A DNA stretch of 63,278 bases, the filler included, from Choristocarpus tenellus KU-1152 (lineage: Eukaryota; Protista; Phaeophyceae), in NCBI GenBank assembly GCA_964200185.2. It is 9 parts of 9 records of this genome, joined end to end, with 100 filler letters (N's around TTAATTAATTAA, not from the genome) between each part and the next. Parts side by side here need not be neighbours in the genome. Positions count along the whole stretch, not along the records: positions 47,774 to 56,855 come from CAXNAD020004006.1; positions 56,956 to 63,278 come from CAXNAD020008394.1; 7 more parts are not named here. One strand, 5' to 3'. A program made the translations under genes and the position numbers. How positions within the stretch are numbered: position 1 is the first letter of the stretch; the number at the start of each line of letters is the position of its first letter. This document shows positions 54,101 through 63,278 of the stretch, one piece after another. Under the pieces are notes generated by a model that was given only the letters and a program-made list of their open reading frames with translations, did not search any database and was not told the DNA's origin.

Positions 54101-56117
54101 ATGTACTCTAGGTGTTGATGCTGTCCTCTGCAAGATCCATTGACCATTCTCTTTCCTCCCCCTTGCAATCCCCCCCATCCCTACTCTCTACCATCCCATC
54201 GTCCTCATTGCCACCCTACCCTGCTCGAACTCAACTCATATCCTGTCACCCCACCTGCTAGAGTCGTCCTCACGATACGAGCTTTTGTAAAGGCATAGAT
54301 CTCCGTCAAGATCACTACTTTCGCCTGCCAGGTTCCAGGAGACTCGGCGTCCAGATGAGCTTCTCAAAGGCGAGATAGAAGGCTCTAAGGGGTTTTCATT
54401 TGTGCTACCATTTTCTGTCTCACTATCTATACGCTCTTCCTGTGCTCATGAGTGCAAGATAGCGAGGGGGGGGGGGTTCTGTGTGAGAGGATGCTGGCTG
54501 GTTGGAGTGATAGGATGGTGATGACACTTGATGTGAGGTTGTGCATGGACGATCGTTGCCATGATGCATATCGGTTATCTAGTATGCCAGCCACCACTAC
54601 TAAAATGAACGTTTACTCAAGTAGGTGATGAAGGGTATGTAGAAAGGGGCGGGAAAGTGTCCAAGACTTAGATTCACGTGCCTAACCAATCATTAATGAT
54701 TCGCAACTTCCATCACCATGATTCTGATTGAACCGCCTAATTTTTGTTAGGACTGCTGAACAACAGGAAGCCCACGAAATTTATCGTGCCAATATTGTAC
54801 ACAACATTGTGGATCGGAATGATGAAATGGCAGAGCACCAACAGTGAAGGTAATGGATGTACATGCTTTCTTGACATGCCGTGCAAAATCCCTACTCAAG
54901 TTCCAATCACTCTGACCTTTTACACCTCATGGAACGCCCGGAGCTCCCTTCCAGGGTATCCCTAGGAAGGCTAACTTTAGGTTCCTCTTCCTTGATTTCC
55001 CCACTAGTGAAGGCATTTTTTCTTTGAACTACTATGTCCAAGTGCTGGAGTCTTTGCACGATTTTATCACACAGCAAGTATTTGCCTAGTTCTGCTGACA
55101 TGGTGTTCAAACTTGTATTGTGGTGACTTGAGAGATGGCAGTTTGCCACAAATGCAGGAGAACAAAACAATAATAAATATAAGATAAAATAACATATAAT
55201 GTGATCCCAACATGTTCCACGTAGGATAAAACCCCAAACAGTATTGCTAGCAACACCTAAGAGAGATGAAGCTACTGCTAGGAGAAAAAGCAATTTAATT
55301 CAATGTTGGGCGAGATTTTATTGATGAATAAGGGGGAAGCAAAACATAAAGAACATAGGTTGACAGGCAAACTCTTAGAAAATTAAGAAAGACACAGCCA
55401 GCCCGCTACCAGGCTTGAAAAAAATTGGCTCCTCCATATCGTGTACTGCAGGATGAGATTGACAGCGGCCAGACAATGGGAGAAAGAGCCTTGACGGATT
55501 ATTGGCCCAACAATTGGTGGGTGGTGTGGAGACAGAAAGGATTATGATAGATATTGGACGGAGGGGCGTAAATTAAGCTATGCTTCGCTTTGCTAACAAG
55601 ACTTAGCTCTTTACAGGGCCCCGTCCTTTCCATTTTGAGCTGTGGTTGTATGGACTTAGCTTGGCTGGATATCCTACTTTCCAGACTGATCTCCACCTGC
55701 ATATATGTTACATGTATATTCCCTTGCCCTATTTCGAGTAATATTTTCAGTATGATTTATTCCTACTTCGGTGTATTGGCTGGTGCCCAATACTATCATC
55801 ATGATTCAATCACTACAAATGAAGGTGGGGAGGGTAACACCCAGTCTCCTGCTCACTTCATCTATTGTTGTGTCGAATCTGTTCTTCTCGTCCTCTTGCC
55901 TTCTGCCCCAGCCCATACCCGATTTCGAATTTTGGTTGCCCTGCTTCCCATGACCCTCTTGTCCTGCTTTACTCTTCTTAAGGTGGCCAGTTCCTAAGAC
56001 ACCAGCTTGCTTGCCTTGGAACATTTTAGAAAATCGTGATTGCCAAGCCACCTGTTTACCCACACAAGGATTGGAGTTATTGGAGGGGGAGATTGGGGGT
56101 AAAATATCTCTTCTCAT
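51113..56117 (-). pseudogene. Decayed host-like multi-exon gene
   Basis: Protein-like frames broken by stops, e.g. TVPH*EAALGMRSDRFAIPPPVP*CGRYAMDAV...KVDWRYLAAILRV. Further exon-like blocks near 52337-52576, 54925-55110 and 55856-56000. Boundaries uncertain. Confidence 0.4.
53452..53721. mobile_element. MITE family A, full copy with internal 10-bp duplication
   Basis: Near-perfect TIRs; TSD ATTA/ATTA. Confidence 0.94.
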
Positions 56118-56778
56118 CGTCCAGTGACATACACTATATTGTCATGTGTTGCATTCAAGCTACTACAAACGCAGACACATACTCTGTACTTCAAATATAC
56201 ATTTTTCAAGTGAATGACTAAGTATATGTATGCATTAACCAACCCTTTCTGTTGTAATTCCGTATTACTTACTATCTTGCCTGGTCTCGACCCCCTCTCA
56301 ACCCACAACACCCTGGTAGCAGGATTGATTTCCACCATACTTGCCCAGAGGTTCTGTGGCTGCCTTGTCTGTCTCCCATGTTTCTCACCTGAGATCATGT
56401 GGTGTAGAGTGGCAGTGGGATGGTCAATTCAGAGGGTAAGTTTGGTGTAGGAGGTGGGTGCGTATCGAAGGACTTGGTTTGCAATATATGAAGCTATGGA
56501 TAATGGAATTAGAAAAAAAATGGGGCTTTCTTTGCATCGTCCCATGGCAAGTTGGCAACACCAAGGCTCCCCCTATCAGGTGCCTGTGGATGCAGCAGCA
56601 AGACAATAGATGCCGACAAATGATTAATCTAGTTGATTCCACACACAGGCAGTGATAAACACCTGTAGTGTGCTACATAATCGAGCATAGAATGAAGTTG
56701 AGTGTTTTCTAGACCTGTACTTAGTGCTGATGAGTGATGATAAATGTTAATGTGAGAAGGCCAGCTCAATATAGCTTA

Positions 56779-56855
56779 GAGTGAAAGTATCTTAGAGGGT
56801 ACGAGTTTTGCCCTGTTTGTCCATTTGGGGCTTGGCTTCCCATGGGTTTTATTGT
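56779..56855. mobile_element. MITE family A, truncated by spacer
   Basis: Consensus TIR GAGTGAAAGTATCTTAGAGGGTA. Confidence 0.88.
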
Positions 56856-58630
56856 NNNNNNNNNNNNNNNNNNNNNNNNNNNNNNNNNNNNNNNNNNNNT
56901 TAATTAATTAANNNNNNNNNNNNNNNNNNNNNNNNNNNNNNNNNNNNNNNNNNNNGGGAACAATGGGGGACCATGGGGAATGCCAGGGGGGTTGAGGTGT
57001 CTGGCAGATTTTTCTTGTCTTGTTTGTTCCTAGACCTAACCCTTAGTATTAGTACTGATACTAGTACTAGTACCATTACTATTGATAGTACTTTCTATGA
57101 TAGGGCTTGCTTTCTCTATTCCATATCAGATTAAACTCTATGTGTACATTTAGGTTTGCCCTGAGTTTGGTATGATAAGTGCAGTAGGAATTCTCCCTCC
57201 TATGATACAGATAGGGTTAGGGTTGAGTGCGTTAATTGCTGAATGTTGTCTCAAATGAGTCCTTCTGTTATGTGTCCCTGCAATGGTCATAGGATATAGG
57301 ATATGGTCCTGCACAGCAATGGTAGTTCTAACTTCATATAACAAACAAATATCAAGCTGTGTGGGTCCACCTCAACTACTTTACATCACTTCACAAATTG
57401 ATGTTTAGATGCAATTGTCTTGGTTGCACAATTATATTCTATTCCTCTCTCTACCCAACTGGCTGCAGAGACATGCCTATCACTTACTAACAACATGTTT
57501 GTCCTACAATGTGTGTTGTGGGGGGGTGTTGTTACTGATCTCGCAGAGTGAATGTCTTGGTGGATCCTCAGAATGAAGATATGCTAATGGCTCAGGTACA
57601 TGAGATAGGGTTCCAGGGTTAGGGTTATTCACTGCAATTATTGTGCAATTATTGTGTATTTCCAGTATGTTGTCGTTGTGACTGATGAGACACAGGATAT
57701 TTGATAATAGTTTATAGCAATTCTGTAGCTGAGAGATGATATGGTCTTCCACACCACTACCTTCACCTCCACGTCCAACTGTATTTGACAAACATGGTAT
57801 ATCTATCTGTGGTGTGCTTATGAATTGTGCTGAATATTTTTGCTGAAATAGCACAGATAGCTAAAAAGGAAGTTGTGGATGTGGGTGGAGTGGTCAAAAC
57901 ATCATTGATAAAGTTCTGTTGAAGAACAAATACACTACTGCTGCCTCAATATGGTGTACAGTGTATGGTCATCGGCCAAACATCTTGAGTATGAGACAAG
58001 TTACTCCTTGACATCCCCCAACCAGGCCCCTTATAGTTTTTGTGTCTAGGGGCAGTTACATTTTGTATTGGTACAGCTAACCCTCACTCTGTGAGATATT
58101 CAAGGTACCTGAGTTGAACTAATCTGACCTTTTAGGCTATCAAAACAAAATCTCACGACTGTTGCAGGGAAACGATACCTTTATTGATGTGAACCAAACA
58201 CACATATCTTCTTGGAGCTTCGTTTGGGAGAACCTCACTATACTTGTAATTCAAAAGGACACTAACTGTATTTGTGTCTAATTCAAAGGACACTAACCCT
58301 CTTCTCGTAGACTTCAATATTTCCTTTGATCACAGAGTGATGCAATTCATATGGGGGGTTAGGGTTAGGGTTAGTGACTACAGAGTATTGCATCACCGCA
58401 ACCCTAACCCTTACAATAAATAGCCTGTCCCCCCTTACCTCTCCTACCCAACCTTGAGTACAGTCCTCGCAAGCAAGGGTTAGGGTTAGGGTTAGAGCAA
58501 ATGATAACTCAAAAGGAATACACCACTGGCCTCAAAGACATTTTATTTTTTATTTTTTATTGCCTTTTCCGTCCGCACTAACGGTATTGCTCCAACTCCA
58601 TTTTCAATGCCCCAAACCTTTTTCTTGAAG

Positions 58631-61600
58631 ATTGGCAAACGATTTGCCAATATCCGCGTGTCATGTGTTGTGGGCAATTCATTGTCTAAGTCGGATCTCA
58701 TCTCGGCCAAGGTTGGATCTGCAGATACCGTCATCGTGCTGCAGGTGAAAATTTGTTACTGATGGTTGCTATGTTGTGTTTTGGTCTAGTGTAGTGTCTT
58801 CCTATTTGTGTGATAATTCAATTCAAGATTCTATTCAAACTGTTGTTGTGTCTTCTCCTTTTCACTCACATCTGTTGTTTGCAATGGTGTCATTTTCACT
58901 CACATGAGTATTTTATAGTGCTGCTCATGTTGAAAGTTGCTCCTTCCTCAGCACATGAAATGGGTGTTTGCTCTTTGGTTGTTGAGATTGTTCTAATCAT
59001 TGTAATTGTTCACAAGTGTCTCTCAAGACTTATTTGTTGGTTTCCTTGGAGGACGTTTTTTGCTTTGTCTGTAACCCTAACCCTAACCCCTGCATGATGT
59101 TCATGTAGTATTATTTTCACCATTAAACTTTTGTCCTGGTCTGATCCAAGTACTCTCTTCACCTTCGCATTCACATTCACATTCACATTCACATGACAAA
59201 ATTGGCAAAGAATAGTAAGTAGGTGTATCAATGTGAGTGGCATTGTAGCAAAGAAATACAAAGTATCCTATGACCCTTGATGTTCATGGCATAGCCATAC
59301 CTCATGGTAGCTAATAACCATACCCCCTCTCCACCGTGGTGATGGTGTCACTCAAGGATCAAGCTAAGTATCTGCTGTATGGGGAAGAGGAGGATGGTGA
59401 TACCATATCAAAAGACTCACATGTGAGAAGCAGAAGATAGAGGTGATCCATTTTATTGCATGTTCAACCAAGTGTCTATTTATGAATAGGTGATGTCTTT
59501 GTACTCAAGGTGAGTTGAAATATTGCTCTCAGTGGCTTTGTTGGGATGGGGGGGGAGGGGGACTATTTGACAAATTGCAGGACAAGTATGCCTTCACTCT
59601 ATATGTAACTAACCTGTAGTCTCCTTGATGCTGCTGTTTGCTCTGTTAATATTTATAGAGACCTTGACATGTTGTTCGTTGTTTGTTTTGGTACCTTGAC
59701 TTGAGCATTTGGGGTCAACAGTGGACAACTTCAAAGAGCTGGTTGTATTGGTTAGGGATTGTGAAATTGTCATGTGATCATGTCATCATGTCATGTGAGT
59801 GTGTATCAGTAGAGTGTTAGCAGAGAGTAAACAGGATTTTTTTTGTGGTGCTTGTGATGTTTTGTCACAGTCTGTGCCTTATCATGCTCAACAAGAATTG
59901 CCTTGGTTGTGAGTCTCTACTGATGATATTTCCCATACTGTACTATTGATAGTGTCATGGTGTGATAATATTGATAGTACAATGTTGTATTAGGGTTAGG
60001 GTTAGGGTTAGGGTTAGGGCAAGTTTGAGTACTTCAGTAGACTCCATCATGCAATAGCATTTTTCAAGCTGTTTAAACCTATGTATTGAGTGTGTCTGAT
60101 TGACTGGATGCTTCCTTGCATTATTGGAGTATTTGTTAACTTAGAGTATTCTATGATTTGAAGTACAATGTACCTGGTGTGAACTAGGTGAAGTGGAAGA
60201 GTCACTCTTTCATTTCCACTTTTGTAAGCAATACTAATACTCACTTGACATTGTGTGTGCTGTTACCCCCAATGGCCATTCGGCCCACTGACTGACTCTA
60301 CTATTGTACCTGTTATGCCGTTACACTTCTTAACATTTACAGGCATTGACCACAGTGGTGCTTTCACAAGAGATCATAGGTGAAGCACAAAGCGGTAACA
60401 GCAAGCTCAAGTCACCCCACCTCATAGCCGAGTTCCACTCAAGGAGGGTGAGATATAGCTCTCTTGAAACATGCCCTTGATTGATTTGCCAGGTGGTGTA
60501 TTGTACATACATATAATTTGATATTTGATTTATTGACAACAAATAGGTTGCTTCCTAGAAGCACTGCTGGTTTGGGCTACTTCTCACAGTAATCTGTATG
60601 TAGACCAGAATGTGGACTGGCATGGATTAGTCCCTGCCACTTTAGTACTATTTGTTAGTAGTAGTAACAATCTCTGTTGGTAGTGGAGGGGAAGCAACAA
60701 CACTAGTTTGATAAAGTCCAGGCCCAAGTCAAAAAAATATTGGAGTGTGTAAAAGTGGCATTTATGGGGAAATTTGGGGGTGTTGAAGAAAGACTGAAGG
60801 CGGTACATAGTTTGAAAGAAGTTCATATTTTATTCAACAAGTGTAAGTTGTACAGGAAAAAATATTTTGAGAGGAAAATGGCCTTGTTCTTTGTGTCCAG
60901 GAGAGTATGGATGGTGGTACCACACAACCCAGCTCTCCCATCACATTTGTGTGCTCTAACCCTAACTCCAACTGCCTCCCAATACCTGTTTGTCCCTTGA
61001 GTTGTGAAGTCAATGGACATTGTGAACCGTGTTTTGAGGCAGCCACAGAAGGATGGCTGGGCATGGGGTGCGTTGGATATGTTTATCCCAGAGGAGCTCG
61101 ACAGTGGCATGCTGGTACAGTGCACCCTTGACCCTCTCCTGACAAATGTGTACGATGAACTATTACGGCCACAAGGTGAGTCAATTACTGTCAACCTCAA
61201 TTCCAAACAAAGAGTCGCCACCCAGTCATTAACAGTCCCAAGAATGGCACTGTCTGTATTCTATTTTATTGTCTATTTTATTCTATTGAAGATACAGTAC
61301 AATGTGCAGCACAAGTGGAGTGTGCAAGGGTGTGAAGGGGTGATAACATCAAAAGAGCAATCCTACCACCAGGCATTCCAAGAACCAATGGGTCTCTGAA
61401 ACATGCATTGTTGTACTCCTTACATCTGGGGCCCTAACCCTAACCCTAACCCAATCTAAACGCAGTCCTCCACTACAACCATTATAAGACAAGAGTGGCT
61501 GTTGAGTGTCTTCCAAGCATAGCAGTCTTTTTTGTGTTTTGTGTATTTACAACTTTTGTTTGCTCTTACAGGTTGGGAGGTGTTCATGTTTGACCCTGCT

Positions 61601-62824
61601 GTGTATGGGTACAACCAGCGTGAAGGCAACGGCATAGGGGACAAGGACAAGGACAACAAGGGTGGGAAAGAAGTGGAAAGGACCACCTTCTTTGACCTAT
61701 CTGAGCGTGCCAGGGCAAGAGGTCATATTGCCATTGGGATAGAGAGACACAGTGGGAAAAGGAAAAGTTCAGGAGAGCAGGGGTCACAGTCGGGTGTCTC
61801 TGAACGAGTCTTGACGCTCAATCCTCATAAGCGGTCTGCGTTTGACATCAGGTGGGACTTTCATGCTCTTCAACCTGAAGTAGTACCGAGCATTTATCTC
61901 ATGTAGCTAGCTTCAAAGTTGTTTATCTTATCCTCCACTCTGTTTCTTTTGTCGCATGAAACAAAGGGAATGTGGTCTCCTGGGTCACATTCCAGTTTGT
62001 TGATACACCTTACTACTACTCTTAATAGGATCACCTTAACTTGGCAAGGTACGTGGCATTTGTCCTAGTAATCCTAATCTTGGTATTTTCAGACAAAGAT
62101 TATACCGGTTACAACCCCGTATACAGCTTTGATTGTCTCTGTTAATTGTCTGGGTACTGCCCTGTTAGCTGGGGTGCTCTCTAGCTTGATCCCCAGGCCA
62201 TGTGCATCACCCCACTGGTCACATACACTCCCCAAACTGTCATCTCAATCTGGTATTTCCCAATGAGTAACTTTTCTGGGCCCCCGACCATCCTATTTTT
62301 GTCCTCTCACCTTTAGGAGTCAGGAAAGCAGCCTGTCATGCCAGGGTTTCACAGATGACCTCTGAGTTTGCCCAATATTGAGATACCAGTGTGCCCCCAG
62401 GGCAGTTTCAACCTCAATACTGTAGTCTCCGTAGTCTTTGACATCGGGGGTTATTTACCACACATGCCACTCTATCCTATCACATCAATCAATTGAATCA
62501 ACCTTTTTAGAACCTCACACTAGAGTTAGGAACATATTGTAACTGTTGTCAGACTGATACATCAAGCAAGGTACAGTACCAATTGATAGTGTGCATCATA
62601 AATGGATCCCAGCAAAATGAACTTTTTTGTCAATTCCTGTCTTTACACCCACCAGTGGCACCTTTACCAGGTACCTATGATGTAGAAGCTGCACTAAATT
62701 TGGCTGGACAGCTCAAAGTGATTCACCCTGTATTACCTATCTACCCTGACCCTAACCCTAATCGTTTTTGTCCAGGTCTGATGATCGTATCATAGTGTTT
62801 GCTCGTCTTGAAAAGGAAAAGTAA
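58631..62824 (+). CDS. CASTOR/POLLUX/DMI1-like cation channel, C-terminal (second RCK) part; 5'-partial
   Basis: In-phase exons 58631-58744, 59357-59422, 60343-60447, 61010-61175, 61572-61851 and 62776-62824. Peptide: NIRVSCVVGNSLSKSDL...ADTVIVL...DSHALTTVVL...LIAEF...PEELDSGMLVQ...NVYDELLRPQGWEV...TFFDLSERARARGHIAIG...LNP...DDRIIVFA, colinear with the POLLUX C-terminus. Confidence 0.82.
59990..60019. repeat. Interstitial telomere-like (TTAGGG)5; shorter tracts at about 18681-18710, 58359-58374, 58477-58495, 59072-59089, 61432-61452 and 62744-62761
   Basis: Directly visible in both orientations. Confidence 0.9.
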
Positions 62825-63080
62825 ATGGCGAAATAAGAAACTTACGTTTCTGTGCACCCTCATCTCTTGGGGCATTACAGGAGAACTTTATGGCACACAC
62901 CATAACTGTACCTACTTCCCTCCCTCCATACTGGAAGCAGTAGCATACCTGCTCAGGTCCACATTGGTGATGCTTTTGCTCTCCTGGGTATCGTAAATTG
63001 TGGTTGAGATGGAGAAAGAATGTATCGGTGGTACTTTTGAAGCACTGTTGCCTCTTAGAACAGAACCTTTTTTTTGTTAC

Positions 63081-63249
63081 GGCTCAAAGTATCTCGAGGG
63101 GGGGGAGGAGCCGGCTGTCCATTTGGGGCCCATTTTTCCATGTCACAATTTTTGTGTGATTTGGTTTCATATGTTGGATAATGTAAGCGCACTATTCCTG
63201 GTTTGGTCCAAATGGACACCCTGGTGTAGACCCCCCTCCCCCCCCCCCG
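63081..63249. mobile_element. MITE family B, right TIR lost in low-quality poly-C tail
   Basis: GGCTCAAAGTATCTCGAGGGGG plus family-B internal sequence. Confidence 0.85.
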
Positions 63250-63278
63250 CTCCTCCCTGCCTTCTTGGCCGCCACTTC

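Noticed and set aside
8017-56855. Repeated conserved sequence as a CRISPR array, SINE or ncRNA
   Set aside because: Copies are dispersed in both orientations with TIRs and TSDs, and there are no spacers, cas genes, A/B boxes or poly-A tail.

Overview
This is eukaryotic, intron-rich nuclear DNA, not prokaryotic. By inference it is most consistent with a stramenopile, brown-alga-like genome: GT-AG introns, dispersed TTAGGG tracts and flagellar-type genes. The window joins 9 contigs with artificial 100-nt spacers (44 N + TTAATTAATTAA + 44 N), so relations across spacers are unreliable. Genes rebuilt by hand: a cardiolipin-synthase-type CDP-alcohol phosphatidyltransferase, a head-to-head EF-hand / LRRC71-like pair, a partial CTFxP-repeat protein gene, the 3' half of a CASTOR/POLLUX-like ion channel, and one unidentified gene. 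The rest is decayed pseudogenes and mobile DNA. The mobile DNA comprises two related MITE families (18 full or gap-truncated copies) with an AAAGTATCT TIR core and 4-bp TSDs (Sola2-like), a longer element with the same TIR next to an unclassified ORF cassette seen twice with different middles, a deleted Copia, and non-LTR remnants. CpG is nearly absent from some gene bodies but undepleted at a promoter, suggesting CpG methylation. I recognised no rRNA, tRNA or CRISPR array.
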